Of a stretch of DNA of 64,000 nt, positions 50,243 to 61,186 are shown in pieces. Both the position numbers and the translations under genes were made by a program. Numbering within the stretch: position 1 is the first letter of the stretch; each line of letters begins with the position of its first letter. The notes under the pieces are model-generated. The model was not told where the DNA came from. It made no database searches and saw nothing but the letters and a program-made list of their open reading frames with translations. The stretch is from Candidatus Poribacteria bacterium (GTDB lineage Bacteria; Poribacteria; WGA-4E; WGA-3G): the NCBI GenBank assembly GCA_963665235.2, contig CAXXLX010000001.1, positions 3,936,001 to 4,000,000 on the forward strand, given 5' to 3'.

Positions 50243-51001
50243 TTACCAGTCGTCGTCTGTTTTCTCGAGGAACTGTTTGGCGAGGGCAACACATGCGAGG
50301 GCATCTTTACCGTAACCATCAGCTCCCATATCATCGGCGAATGTCTGTGTGACAGGGGCACCCCCTACCATAATTTTTACCTCTTCGCGCATATCTTCGT
50401 CAATAAAAGCGTCAATTGTTTTCCCCATGTTCGGCATTGTAGTGGTTAGCAGAGCGGACATGCCGAGGATGGGTGCCTCGTATTCTTCCACCGCTTCAAT
50501 GAATTCATCTTCGGAGGTGTCAACGCCGAGGTCGTGAACGACGAAGCCTGCCCCGCGCAGCATCATAATGCATAGGTTTTTACCGATATCGTGCAAGTCG
50601 CCTTTGACGGTCCCCATAATAACAGTACCGACGGGTTCAATCCCGGAATCGGAGAGGATTGGTTCGATATGTGCCATGCCTGCCTTCATTGCGCGTGCAC
50701 ATGCAAGAACTTCCGGCACAAAGATAAAGTTCTCCCGAAATTTTATGCCAACGATACCCATTCCTGCGATGAGCCCATCATCCATAATTTCCAACGCTTC
50801 TATGCCTGCTGCAAGTGATTCCTCTGTGAGTTCATCGACGGTATGATGGTCTCCATCGATGAGAGCAGCAGCAATATCCTGCATTGCTGGCCGTGCTTGG
50901 GTAAACATTTCAATGAAAATTTCTATCTCATCGGGCCGTTCAAGGTATTCTTCAATTTCTTCTCTGATAAATTCGTTTGCTATGTTATCAATAGATGCCA
51001 C
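50243..51001 (-). CDS. Corrinoid (B12-binding) methyltransferase protein
   Basis: Cap domain FVPEVL, motifs GTVKGDLHDIGKN, SALLTTTM and VGGAPV. GTG start downstream of AGGAGG. Confidence 0.9.
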   Translation of the reverse strand: MASIDNIANEFIREEIEEYLERPDEIEIFIEMFTQARPAMQDIAAALIDGDHHTVDELTEESLAAGIEALEIMDDGLIAGMGIVGIKFRENFIFVPEVLACARAMKAGMAHIEPILSDSGIEPVGTVIMGTVKGDLHDIGKNLCIMMLRGAGFVVHDLGVDTSEDEFIEAVEEYEAPILGMSALLTTTMPNMGKTIDAFIDEDMREEVKIMVGGAPVTQTFADDMGADGYGKDALACVALAKQFLEKTDDDW

Positions 51002-51087
51002 CGGTTTCGCATACCTCCTTCTGAATATAGAATACCACATCCGCGAAAAAATAGCAAAGATTTTTGAGAAGAAGCCGATTCTCTCGT

Positions 51088-52488
51088 TCAAAATTTTTTG
51101 AGAAAAATATCCCCGCTGTCCCGGTGATTGTTGCTCCACACAACGACTTTCTGCCCATTTCCGATGGATACGACACATGGCGGAAAATGTTCCCCCTTGC
51201 TTGCAGAAACAACTACACCGTTTTCTTCTAGCGATAACGTTCCCGATACATCGATTTGCTGTCCGTAGATTGCATTTGTGCTCTGTTCTGCGAAGTCATC
51301 TCGGTAATCTAACCATGTGACGAAAAATCGCTCTTTTTGGGTTTGGACAATAAAAGGTTTATCCTGATGCCCCCCGGCGACGCAAAGCGGTATGCCATCT
51401 TTTTCCCAGGCGGGTGTGCCGTTAGCACGGATGCGCTGGGCGTAGAGGTCGGAATAGATGTCGCGTTCGTCTCGCCAGACAGCGATGAATCCGCCAGTGC
51501 CATCGTTGACGATAGCTGCGTGTTTCTGAATGCCCGATGCGGTACATAACGGGACACCCTCTTCCTGCCACATCGGTGTGCCGTCGGGGTTTATCCGTTG
51601 TGTATAGAGTTGGTCGTTAATGAAGTCTTCATAAATTTGCCATACGACAATAAGTCCGCCTTTGCTATCAGCAACAGCGCGGGGTTCACCCTGCATGCCT
51701 ACGGCTGGCGAGACAAGCCGTGGTGCGTCCCACAACGGTTCTCCCGATAGACTAAGTCTATATACCATGATGTGCCATTCGGTATATCCGATAACGTCCC
51801 ACCAAACGATGTAGAATCCGCCTACGCCATCGGAAACGAGAATTGGGGTGCTCTGCAACGTTTCTGAAGGAAAGACAGGAACACCGTCCGGTTCCCACAT
51901 AGGTTTCCCTTCGGCATTGATTCGTTGCATATAGAGGTCTTGGAATTTACTGCTTCGGCGTTCATCCTCCCAAACAATGAGCGCGCCCCCTACGCCATCG
52001 CTTAGGATAGCCTGTACGGATTGGTGAGCGGGGTTCGTGCAGATAGGAATTCCATCCGCTTCCCAAAGGATTTCACCTTTGAGGTTTACGGCTTGGGCGT
52101 AGACATCCCAGTTAGTTATAGCGCGTCTGTCGTCCCAAACCACAATCGCGTGTGTCCCGTGCCGCATCATCCGCACCCGTCTTTGATTCCCAGCGGCTGT
52201 AGATATTGGCAACCCATCCGCTTCCCACTTAATTTCCCCGGTGTTATCAACGTGTTGTGCATAAACGTCCCAATCCTTCCCCGTGCGATAGTCTGACCAC
52301 ATCACGATAACGCCGCCTTCGCCATCAGCCACACACACTGGAAAGAGCTGTCCATCCGCAGCGGTAGAGACAGCGATTTCTGCGGCGGCGGTCGCGCCTT
52401 GCAGCAGTACGACTGTGCAGACAAGGACGAGAAGGAGTGATGTTTGCAACAACCGCCTTAGTCGGTAAAAAGTGTTTTGGGTGTCCAT
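51088..52488 (-). CDS. Secreted repeat protein, probable beta-propeller
   Basis: Signal peptide followed by about 7 repeats of DGxGG-hhhW-xDxR...DhYxQRh...GxxxW. Confidence 0.8.
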   Translation of the reverse strand: MDTQNTFYRLRRLLQTSLLLVLVCTVVLLQGATAAAEIAVSTAADGQLFPVCVADGEGGVIVMWSDYRTGKDWDVYAQHVDNTGEIKWEADGLPISTAAGNQRRVRMMRHGTHAIVVWDDRRAITNWDVYAQAVNLKGEILWEADGIPICTNPAHQSVQAILSDGVGGALIVWEDERRSSKFQDLYMQRINAEGKPMWEPDGVPVFPSETLQSTPILVSDGVGGFYIVWWDVIGYTEWHIMVYRLSLSGEPLWDAPRLVSPAVGMQGEPRAVADSKGGLIVVWQIYEDFINDQLYTQRINPDGTPMWQEEGVPLCTASGIQKHAAIVNDGTGGFIAVWRDERDIYSDLYAQRIRANGTPAWEKDGIPLCVAGGHQDKPFIVQTQKERFFVTWLDYRDDFAEQSTNAIYGQQIDVSGTLSLEENGVVVSASKGEHFPPCVVSIGNGQKVVVWSNNHRDSGDIFLKKF

Positions 52489-52958
52489 AAATTGACTAAT
52501 TTTCCTTCTGTATATATCGGATGGAGCATTTCCCACTGTTGGATAGGGAGTTCAATATGGGCAAGTGCTGCTGTCGGCATCCGTTCGCGCTGTTTTGCCA
52601 TAAAACGCACCAGGTTTTCCATCGTGGGGTTATGCCCAACTACCATGACGCGCTGATAGGTGTCCGGCAATGCCCTCAATTTGTGAACATAGTCGGATGG
52701 GCTTGCGCCATAAAAGCTCTCTAGTTTTTCTATTTCTCCTGTGTAACCGCAAGCCTTTGCAACCTTGCTCGCGGTTTTTCTTGCACGCTTCGCTGCAGAG
52801 GTGAGAATAAGCTCCGGAATTAACCCCTGTTGCTTCAGATGTTTGCCCATGCGGGGTGCATCTCGTTTACCGCGTTTATTGAGGGGCCGGTCGTAGTCGA
52901 AAAGTTCGGGATGGTCCCAGCTAGATTTAGCGTGGCGCAAAACGAGAACCGTTTTCAT
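52458..52958 (-). CDS. sixA: SixA-like histidine phosphatase
   Basis: Motifs LRHAKS, DRPLNKRG and VGHNP. Confidence 0.85.
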   Translation of the reverse strand: MKTVLVLRHAKSSWDHPELFDYDRPLNKRGKRDAPRMGKHLKQQGLIPELILTSAAKRARKTASKVAKACGYTGEIEKLESFYGASPSDYVHKLRALPDTYQRVMVVGHNPTMENLVRFMAKQRERMPTAALAHIELPIQQWEMLHPIYTEGKLVNLWTPKTLFTD

Positions 52959-52969
52959 TTAATTCCCTC

Positions 52970-53980
52970 CTAAAGTTGTGTCCAATCCATGATAACGCCT
53001 AAGTATTTATCCTTCTGGTCGGTCAAACCGTCGTAAGCCGTCTGTGCATCTTCGGGATTTATGACGTGCGTTAGCAATTCCTGAACCCTGAATTTGCCAT
53101 CCTTGATGAGGGAATAGACTATCTGTGAGTTCCGTTCGAGGGAATGTTTGGATTCACCGGTGTGCATTGTCGGATAGACCCATTCGTGCGCGCTTCGGAG
53201 TGTAATCGCGCCTAAACCTATGAGGTGGCTGTAGTTCAAAAGTGCAGTGGCATTCGTGATATACTCCCCGCGCGGCGACCCAAGCAGGATAACTTCCCCT
53301 TTGGTACGTGTCAACTGATACGCCATTTCAACGAGACGCGGGTTGCCGATGGCTTCAACGGTGACCTCCGCTTTCTGTCCGTTTGTTAGGGCTTTCACAC
53401 GTTCCAGGACATCCTCCTCATCAGGATTAATCAGATGTTGAATGCCGCACTGCCGTGCAATTTCTAACCGTTCGGGTACCCGTTCAACGCTAATGACCTT
53501 CATGCCTGCAAGGTTGAAAAGCTGCGATGCTGAGTTGCCGACTAATCCGAGACCGATGATGACGGCGGTATCCCCAAATTCTGCCGAGGATACACGCAAG
53601 GAGGTCATTGCGACCGTTGCCATCCGGACGAACGGTATCAGTTTCGCATCTATTTCCAACGGCGGTTTGAACGCAAGCATCACTGCGGCGGTTTTGATGA
53701 CAGAGGCGTGGGAACTATAGCAGAATGCGAAATCCCCTACAGCGCATTTGGTGACCTGCTCCCCCACTTTGAGCACTTCACCGATAGCTGTATAACCGGA
53801 ACCGTGCGGAAACCGAGCCCCGCTGTCCAAACCGGTATATCCTGCCCCTTCGGTACCGGGACTGATTAGACTGTAATGCGTTTTGAGTAAAATTTGGTTG
53901 GGTGCCAACGTTTCGTCAAGTTCAAAATCCTCAAGCACTGCTGAACGTTTGGCTGGCATGATAATCTGTTTTGCCTTCAT
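52970..53980 (-). CDS. Medium-chain dehydrogenase/reductase (zinc-binding ADH family)
   Basis: SLISPGTE and the Rossmann motif GLGLVG. Confidence 0.85.
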   Translation of the reverse strand: MKAKQIIMPAKRSAVLEDFELDETLAPNQILLKTHYSLISPGTEGAGYTGLDSGARFPHGSGYTAIGEVLKVGEQVTKCAVGDFAFCYSSHASVIKTAAVMLAFKPPLEIDAKLIPFVRMATVAMTSLRVSSAEFGDTAVIIGLGLVGNSASQLFNLAGMKVISVERVPERLEIARQCGIQHLINPDEEDVLERVKALTNGQKAEVTVEAIGNPRLVEMAYQLTRTKGEVILLGSPRGEYITNATALLNYSHLIGLGAITLRSAHEWVYPTMHTGESKHSLERNSQIVYSLIKDGKFRVQELLTHVINPEDAQTAYDGLTDQKDKYLGVIMDWTQL

Positions 53981-54063
53981 TAGGGTTGCTCCTTTTTGTA
54001 ATGCTGCTTTTCATGATAGCACATTTCAAAAATTGAAGCAAGGGAAAATTGGATGTGTAAAGT

Positions 54064-54156
54064 TTCCAATCTTCCACCCTTCCACCCTTCCAATCTTCCA
54101 CCCTTCCACCCTTCCACCCTTCCAATCTTCCACCCTTCCACCCTTCCACCCTTCCA
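54064..54156. repeat. Tandem octamer repeat (CTTCCACC/CTTCCAAT), about 11 copies
   Basis: Directly visible between divergent promoters. Confidence 0.9.
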
Positions 54157-54173
54157 TTTTATTTCTTTTTTTC

Positions 54174-54202
54174 TTGACATTTTTTCCTAGGCATGTTATA
54201 AT
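54174..54202 (+). promoter_or_regulatory. Consensus sigma70 promoter of the R-M operon
   Basis: TTGACA-17 nt-TATAAT with an extended -10 TG. Confidence 0.75.
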
Positions 54203-54302
54203 TTTCACGCTAACGCAGCATAAGGGTTGATGAAGAGTCTAATCAAACGTAAACTTTAAATTGGAGACCACTAGACAAACTCCATTTCCGAGGCAACTTT
54301 TG

Positions 54303-57011
54303 ATGAAACACCTGTTCGAAAAACTACGTGACGACACACTAAACTGGCGGAAAGCGGGATATCCCTGTCCAGATTATCCCCTCATCGGTGAGGTGCTGCG
54401 TTATCAGTTTGAAGGTGAAGCAAATGAACGTCTCCATCTCAAATATCTCCGCGAACCGCAATTCCAATCGCTGGAACTCTATTGGTTTTTGAGGCTGGTG
54501 CTGAAAACACCGCACATTGTCGACCTCTACAAATACTACTACGATACCGGCGATATCCGAGATTTCTGCGAGGCATTTGGCATCCCAATCTCTCCTGACG
54601 AACTGATATTTATTAAGGATGTTGACACGATTATTGATTCGGTAGAAAATAATTCGGAATTCGTCAAACGGAAACGGCTCGACCCGGTTCACGAGGCTGT
54701 AACGCTCCCGTACCCTAGCTACATCTTCGCACTTGCGATGGGCACCGGCAAAACTGTTCTCATCGGCATCATTATTGCCACCGAATTCGCCATGGCACTC
54801 CGATATCCCGAAGGCAACTTCATGAAAAACGCCCTCGTCTTCGCCCCCGGTACGACCATTATCGAGAGTCTACGTGAAATCAGTGAAATCCCTTTCGAGC
54901 AGGTGCTACCGCCGAGTTTACACCGCGATTTCCTTGCTAATCTCAAGCTAACCTATCCACAGAGCGGGTCAAAAGACATTCAGGTCCAGCGAGGCAGCGC
55001 GTACAATGTCATTGTGACGAACACGGAGAAAATTAGTCTCCGCGCTAACGTAAGGCGGCGGAAAAATCAAGCACAGATGGAGTTTGAGGAGAAGCGGGAG
55101 CAAGCAGAATTAGAGGCGAATCTGCGTCTCCAAAAGATTACGAGCCTGCCGAATTTGGGGGTCTTTTCAGACGAGGCACACCATACCTACGGAAATAGAA
55201 TGGACAGAGAACTCAAGCGGGTGCGGGAAACGGTCAACTATATCAATAAGGAAACTGAACTTGTTGCTGTTATCAATACCACCGGTACCCCGTATTACAA
55301 ACGGCAGATGCTCCGAGAAGTTGTCGCATGGTATAGCCTCGGTGAGGGGATTAAGGACAACATTCTCAAAAGTCTTAAAAACGGCATTGTGCAGTACCCT
55401 ATCGGAACGATTCCTGATGAAGACGTAATGTGTAACGTTATCAACGATTTTTTTGAGCACTACGGGGATGTATCACTGCCGGATGGTGCCAAAGCGAAAA
55501 TCGCCTTCTATTTTAAGACACAAGAACATTTGGATACCTCCCATCAGCACATTCAAAGCGCATTGGCAGAAATCGGAGAGAGCCCTACCCAAATACTAGT
55601 CAATACCCAGAAATCAAGCACACACGAAATCGATGAATTTAAACGACTTAACAATCCTGACAGCCAGAAACGTGTTATTCTGCTCATCGGTAAAGGGACA
55701 GAGGGATGGAATTGTCCAAGTCTATTCGCTTGCGCGCTTATCAAGGAGCAGACAACGAGTAGTAATTTCATCTTGCAAGCCTCAACGCGATGCTTGCGTC
55801 AAGTAGCAGGCAATACGCATCCCGCCAGAATCTTTCTGGACACAAAGAACAGCAACATTTTAGATAAGGAATTACAGGAAAACTTCGGGACGACACTCGG
55901 TGAACTCCGTACACAAGATACGGAAACGGTGGATGTTGTGATTCGCATCCGCAAGACAGAGCTGCCTAAACTTGGGATTTCTCGGTTAGTCCGCAGAGTC
56001 ATCTGGGCAGAAAAAACAATTACCAATCTTCAGTTAACCCTGCCTGTTGATGAGATAGAAACCTCCAGGGTTTTCCGTAGCATCCTGACCCCCGATTTCA
56101 CACGAAAAGGGACAACCTCTCCACTTACGGGTGTCGGAGAGATGGACGAAGTAGAAATTATTAATCGGACTACCGATTGCTATACCTTAGCAAAGCGGCT
56201 TGCCCGAAACTATCATCTCCCGTTTCTGGACACGATTAAAACCCTAAAACGCCTCTATCCAGAAGGCGAAGTTCCGAACAAACACCTCACGCCATTATAT
56301 CAACAGGTGGACGAACAGTTGAAAAACTATACGGAGATTGAAGAACAGGTGACAGAGGCGCTCGCGCTTATTCACGTCCACGATGACGAAGGCAACCCGC
56401 TTTTTGAAAAAGATGACGATGGGCACTACATTCACCAATTGCGGGTGCTCAAGCGGACTGCTGAACGTATGAGGGACCATCAGCTGTTCTTTGGTGAGGA
56501 GAACTTGGAAGACACGCGCGATATCAGTTTTCACTACGCCCCCTATAACTTCGACACCAGGCCCGAACGGGAGTTTTTTGAGCGGATTTTGGCGACACTC
56601 AATATGTCTGTGGACGACATAGAGATATTTCTATTTACCGGCGGCTTGACGGACCCTAAGAAAACGGATTTTCACTTTGAGTATAAGGGTGTTGATGGAA
56701 ACTATCACCGCTATTTCCCAGACTTTGTGATTGTCAAGAAAACAGGGGAATTCTACATCGTCGAAATAAAATCTGAGGGAGAACGCACAGACCCGACGGT
56801 TGAGGCCAAACGAAAAGCAGTAGAACATTTGAAGCAGTTGCAACCCGACGCTCGCTTTGACTATAACGTTATCTATAGCACGGATGCGCCCCTCCAAGAG
56901 AATGCTGATCTGAACGCTGTCGTCGCATGGATTCGCAAAGATGGGACCTTACAAACCAAAATCTATGAAAGTCCCTTACGAGAGGAAGATAATGAAAATA
57001 ACGCCAGTTAA
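54303..57011 (+). CDS. Type III restriction endonuclease Res subunit
   Basis: Helicase motifs MGTGKT, DEAHH, TGTP and EGWNCP; C-terminal nuclease YFPDF...VEIK. Confidence 0.88.
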   Translation: MKHLFEKLRDDTLNWRKAGYPCPDYPLIGEVLRYQFEGEANERLHLKYLREPQFQSLELYWFLRLVLKTPHIVDLYKYYYDTGDIRDFCEAFGIPISPDELIFIKDVDTIIDSVENNSEFVKRKRLDPVHEAVTLPYPSYIFALAMGTGKTVLIGIIIATEFAMALRYPEGNFMKNALVFAPGTTIIESLREISEIPFEQVLPPSLHRDFLANLKLTYPQSGSKDIQVQRGSAYNVIVTNTEKISLRANVRRRKNQAQMEFEEKREQAELEANLRLQKITSLPNLGVFSDEAHHTYGNRMDRELKRVRETVNYINKETELVAVINTTGTPYYKRQMLREVVAWYSLGEGIKDNILKSLKNGIVQYPIGTIPDEDVMCNVINDFFEHYGDVSLPDGAKAKIAFYFKTQEHLDTSHQHIQSALAEIGESPTQILVNTQKSSTHEIDEFKRLNNPDSQKRVILLIGKGTEGWNCPSLFACALIKEQTTSSNFILQASTRCLRQVAGNTHPARIFLDTKNSNILDKELQENFGTTLGELRTQDTETVDVVIRIRKTELPKLGISRLVRRVIWAEKTITNLQLTLPVDEIETSRVFRSILTPDFTRKGTTSPLTGVGEMDEVEIINRTTDCYTLAKRLARNYHLPFLDTIKTLKRLYPEGEVPNKHLTPLYQQVDEQLKNYTEIEEQVTEALALIHVHDDEGNPLFEKDDDGHYIHQLRVLKRTAERMRDHQLFFGEENLEDTRDISFHYAPYNFDTRPEREFFERILATLNMSVDDIEIFLFTGGLTDPKKTDFHFEYKGVDGNYHRYFPDFVIVKKTGEFYIVEIKSEGERTDPTVEAKRKAVEHLKQLQPDARFDYNVIYSTDAPLQENADLNAVVAWIRKDGTLQTKIYESPLREEDNENNAS

Positions 57012-58722
57012 AGGGAGACCGATGCTGCATTGGGTCGGCAAACACCCGATTGACCACGTTGACTATTATCCCGCACAGTTGGTGGAAAGTTGTAACGTAG
57101 AAAATCCCGCACCTGAACCGACATATCAGGATTTTAAGTCCGGCCCAAACCTCCTTTTTCAGGGGGACAACAAAGAGATTCTCTCTACACTGTTAGTGAA
57201 GGGGTTCCGAGGTAAGGTAGACCTCATCTACATCGACCCGCCATTTGCCAGCGGTGCAGATTATGTACGGAAAGTCGCATTACGCGGTAAAAAAGAGAAA
57301 CTTGAGGCGGAAGGCCACTCTGTTATAGAACAGACACAATATACGGACATCTGGGCAAATGATACCTACCTCCAATTCATGTATGAACGACTTATTTTAA
57401 TGCGGGAACTGCTGTCAAATGAGGGTTCTATCTACCTCCACTGCGATCCAACTATGAGTCATTATTTGAAGTTAGTTATGGATGAGGTGTTCGGAGTGAG
57501 TCAGTTTAGAAATGAGTTAATTTGGGGGTACAAAGCGAGTAATAGTCCGATAAAAAACATGTTTCCGCGTAAACATGACGTGCTTTTGTTCTATTCTGGA
57601 ACTGACGCAGTTTTTAATCCACAGTACACCCCACTTTCAGAAGAAAGCCTTAAAAATGCTTATCGTTATACAGACAAAGATGGTAGGTTATACCGTAAAC
57701 ATTCAGATAGAGCCGATGGTTCCGAACGCCGAATATACTTGGATGAAGCTAAAGGTGTACCTGTCCTTTCGTGGTGGACAGACATAATAGGATTCGGTAC
57801 CGCAACACAATCTAAAGAACGTGTAGGCTTTCCAACCCAAAAACCTGAGGCTCTTGTAGAACGTATCCTCAAAGCCTCAAGCAACGAAGATTCTATCGTC
57901 CTCGACTGCTTTGCGGGAAGCGGGACCACTGCTGTTGTCGCCGAAAAACTCGGCAGACGTTGGATTGCTGCCGATATTAACAAAGGCGCAATTCAGACAA
58001 CAATAAAACGAATACAGACGAGCATTGACGAACCGCGTGGTGTTGCACACTACCGCGTCAATAACTACGATGCCAATACCGATTTGGAGTTCAGACCGAT
58101 TGTCATCAAAAAATACGGCGTGCAAACCGATAGAAAAGACCTTTTCTTTGATGGCACTCTCGACGGGACGCTTGTTAAAATCGTCGATTTATCGAAACCC
58201 TTCACCCGTCTGGATGTCCAACTCATTAGGGACGAACTTGACAGCCGACCGGATGAGGAGCGCGATATCACCGTCCTGTGCAACGGGAGTGAAGTGGGCA
58301 TTCAGGAAGAACTCCAAGCAGAAAACCGTCGGCATCTGATTAACAAAATCAGAGTGCATGATGTCCATGCGGAAGGGGTTGCTACCTTTGAACCTGCCCA
58401 AGCAGAGGTTGACTTCAAAAGAGAGGGGGACACCGTCAAGATTACCATCACCGAGTATATCAGCCCCACCATCTTGTATCGGTTGGACATAGAACGCACT
58501 ATGTTTGACGAGCATATTGAGGATTTTCGCGCACAAATCGATTGTGTCCTGATTGATACCGACTATACAAGCGAACATTTCACAATCGTTGAGAGCGATG
58601 TGCCAGAGAAAAAAACCGATTTCATTGCGGGAGAATACACAGTCTCGCTACCGCACCTGAATGCCCGCGTGGCCGTGAAGATTATTGACATGCTCGGGGA
58701 GGAAACCGTTGTTACGGGATAA
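56992..58722 (+). CDS. Type III Mod subunit, beta-class amino DNA methyltransferase
   Basis: Motifs [14 protein letters not shown] and [10 protein letters not shown]. Overlaps the res stop. Confidence 0.9.
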   Translation: MKITPVKGRPMLHWVGKHPIDHVDYYPAQLVESCNVENPAPEPTYQDFKSGPNLLFQGDNKEILSTLLVKGFRGKVDLIYIDPPFASGADYVRKVALRGKKEKLEAEGHSVIEQTQYTDIWANDTYLQFMYERLILMRELLSNEGSIYLHCDPTMSHYLKLVMDEVFGVSQFRNELIWGYKASNSPIKNMFPRKHDVLLFYSGTDAVFNPQYTPLSEESLKNAYRYTDKDGRLYRKHSDRADGSERRIYLDEAKGVPVLSWWTDIIGFGTATQSKERVGFPTQKPEALVERILKASSNEDSIVLDCFAGSGTTAVVAEKLGRRWIAADINKGAIQTTIKRIQTSIDEPRGVAHYRVNNYDANTDLEFRPIVIKKYGVQTDRKDLFFDGTLDGTLVKIVDLSKPFTRLDVQLIRDELDSRPDEERDITVLCNGSEVGIQEELQAENRRHLINKIRVHDVHAEGVATFEPAQAEVDFKREGDTVKITITEYISPTILYRLDIERTMFDEHIEDFRAQIDCVLIDTDYTSEHFTIVESDVPEKKTDFIAGEYTVSLPHLNARVAVKIIDMLGEETVVTG

Positions 58723-58848
58723 TGCTAATAGGACTTATAGGCATGAATGCTGCACAGAGAGTCCTGCAAAAGATTGACTTTTTGTCAAAAGTACCTTATA
58801 CTTAAAAACACTAATGTTAGGACAACTCACACAAAAAGGAGCAAGGAT

Positions 58849-59152
58849 ATGGCAGTTGTTAAGATTCTTGAACATGGACAGATAACCCTACCTAAGCAAA
58901 TCCGAGAGAGCTTAGGCCTCAGGAAGGGGGATGTCGTGGATGCACGGCTGGAGGGGTGATTGTGTCATGATCACGCCCAGGAAATCAGTGACATCCGAGG
59001 ACTGGGAGAAACTTTTGCAGGTCATGAATAGCGTCCACGAACAAAATAGAGGTATTAGCGAAGAAGAAATCTATCAAGATGTTGAACGCGCAGTTGCCGA
59101 ACTTCGACAGGCGGAATATGACAAACAGAAGAAAACTGCATGTTGTACTTGA
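58849..59152 (+). pseudogene. AbrB/MazE-family antitoxin, frameshifted at the G4 run 58953-58956
   Basis: GQITLPKQIRESLGLRKGD; removing one G gives ...LEGDCVMITP... through to 59152. Confidence 0.75.
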
Positions 59153-59192
59153 CAGTGTTGTTGCCGTGAGTGCTTTTTTGACGGGTGTGTAA
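59118..59192 (+). pseudogene. 5' stub of a PIN-domain toxin
   Basis: MTNRRKLHVVLDSVVAVSAFLT matches the PIN N-terminal VVLDTNVLVSA pattern, then is cut by GGGTGTGTAAAGTTTTTG. Confidence 0.7.
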
Positions 59193-59380
59193 AGTTTTTG
59201 CCCCCCCACTCAGCAAAAAAGTTTGCCAAATTTTGTCAAATTGTGTTACACTAATTGAACAGAGTAAAATCCGACAATGGCCGTTGACTATTGGAAACCG
59301 TTGATAAGAGAAAGAGGCCTCTGACGCACTTCAGATATGTGCTTAGAAGCACAACCCTCTTGCTAATTGCTAATCGCCAA

Positions 59381-60283
59381 TTAGGTATAAGCGCGGCTTA
59401 GCGGTCCCATAGCAGATACAGCTTCTTCGCCAAGCTGTGCAATGAGCCAACCGCGTAAGGGAACGTCCTTGTCGGTGGGAACATAGCGTCCATTGTTTTT
59501 CACAGCATCCCCGAGCAGTTGTCGTCGAATAGGGTCGCAACGTTCATAGAGGGGTTCAACGGTCATATCGTCCTTCGGTCGAATCCATCGGTATCCGTAT
59601 CCGTAAAAGAGGGCTTTCCGTGTCAGTTGAGAGGTGTTGGGACTGCGAGAGTGCCAGAGTCGTCTGTCGAAGAGCACAGCAGTGCCGGGGGGTACGCAGA
59701 CCGGCATTGCATCTTTGGGAATATTTTTGTCAGTTTTTTCGCGTGGGTCACGGCTAATTTCCGCTTCAGGAAGGAGCACGTCCGAGAGGTGGCTGCCGGG
59801 GCGAATGTAAAAGTTGCCGCGATCCGGTTCGGAGACATCTGTGAGGAAGTATGCCACCTTCAAAGAGAGGCGCGGGCGTGGATGTGTTTCCATCTCAATA
59901 TTGACACGGCCGCTGTCTTGATGCCATTCCAGCCATCCATCTCCATCTTCTGCTTCTGGCGGCGCGGGCGGTTTGATGTGCAAGTGTGCATGGTAGAGAT
60001 AGATATTCCATCCGAGGATTCCCCAGACTTTAGGCAGTGTAGTGGAAAGATCAACGAGGTTTAAGAACACATCGTCGGTGCCTAAGAAATTCGACCATCC
60101 CCAATGATTCCCAGGCGTTGCTCTACCCTTAGCGAGTGCGTTATTGTAAATTGCATCTACGGCGGCAGTTAAACGTTCCCGTTTTTCGTCGGATAAAGCG
60201 TTCGGGACATAAAGATACCCCTGCTTTTCGAAATGGTTTCGTTCTTCATCTGTTATGAGGTGTTCAAGAGCTTCAGTGTTCAT
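59381..60283 (-). CDS. Phytanoyl-CoA dioxygenase (PhyH) family protein
   Basis: Motifs WHQD, PGSH and FDRRLWH. Confidence 0.9.
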   Translation of the reverse strand: MNTEALEHLITDEERNHFEKQGYLYVPNALSDEKRERLTAAVDAIYNNALAKGRATPGNHWGWSNFLGTDDVFLNLVDLSTTLPKVWGILGWNIYLYHAHLHIKPPAPPEAEDGDGWLEWHQDSGRVNIEMETHPRPRLSLKVAYFLTDVSEPDRGNFYIRPGSHLSDVLLPEAEISRDPREKTDKNIPKDAMPVCVPPGTAVLFDRRLWHSRSPNTSQLTRKALFYGYGYRWIRPKDDMTVEPLYERCDPIRRQLLGDAVKNNGRYVPTDKDVPLRGWLIAQLGEEAVSAMGPLSRAYT

Positions 60284-60285
60284 CG

Positions 60286-61122
60286 CTATGTCCTCGGCTC
60301 GTTTTTTGTGGTGCGGTCCGGTGGACTAAACCCGATGCCGCGTTTAGAGGCTTCAATAAATTGGAGTAGATATTCGACTTCGGGGTCATGCGGTAATTCT
60401 TCCCGGACCTTTTTGACAGCATGCCGTAGGGGTATGCCAGAGCGGAACAGCATTCGGAAGGCTCTCTTAAGTGCTGCAAGTGTTTCAGGTGAAAGCTGTG
60501 AAAGCGGGTTGATTTGTGAGCGATGGATACCGATTCGGTTGAGACTTCGGACACGTGCGGGTTGCCCAGCCGAAAGTGCAAACGGAGGTATATCCTGAAC
60601 GATTTTAGAGCAGCCGCCCCCCATCGCCATTTTGCCAACCCGTACAAATTGATGAAGGGCAGCATAAGCACCGAGGCGGACATCGTCTTCAATGACGACG
60701 TGTCCTGCAAGCGAGGCAAAATTCGCCATAATTGTTCTGTTACCGACAACCGTGTCATGAGCGATGTTGACCCAATTCATGAATAGGTTATCATCACCGA
60801 TGATGGTTTCCCCATCCTGATAAGTTGAGCGGGAGATGGAGACATACTCGCGGAGGGTATTTCGGTTTCCAATTCGGACGTAACTCCGTTCTCCACCGTA
60901 TTTGAGGTCTTTTGAAGGGTTTCCGAGGGAAGCCCCGAAATAGATTTGGCAGTCTTCACCAATCGTTGTCCATTTTTCAATTTGCACGTGGGGGCCAATG
61001 ACGGTATTTGCCCCGATTTGGACGTAATCTCCCACCAGAGTATAGGGCCCAATCTGAACGCCTTCCGCTATTTCGGCTTTAGGTGAGATAATTGCTGTTG
61101 GATGAATATTTGTCGTCTTCAC
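60286..61122 (-). CDS. lpxA: UDP-N-acetylglucosamine acyltransferase
   Basis: IHPTAII, hexapeptide repeats, IAHD, LAGHV and HQFVRVG; adjacent to lpxC-fabZ. Confidence 0.95.
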   Translation of the reverse strand: MKTTNIHPTAIISPKAEIAEGVQIGPYTLVGDYVQIGANTVIGPHVQIEKWTTIGEDCQIYFGASLGNPSKDLKYGGERSYVRIGNRNTLREYVSISRSTYQDGETIIGDDNLFMNWVNIAHDTVVGNRTIMANFASLAGHVVIEDDVRLGAYAALHQFVRVGKMAMGGGCSKIVQDIPPFALSAGQPARVRSLNRIGIHRSQINPLSQLSPETLAALKRAFRMLFRSGIPLRHAVKKVREELPHDPEVEYLLQFIEASKRGIGFSPPDRTTKNEPRT

Positions 61123-61186
61123 GAGTGTGCCTCTACTTTCTGAATGTATTCAGCGGGTTTAGAAGTGTTTTTCCGAGTTGTTGAAT

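Noticed and set aside
53883-54230. ORFs with GRVEGWK repeats
   Set aside because: Artefacts of the octamer tract in an intergenic promoter region.
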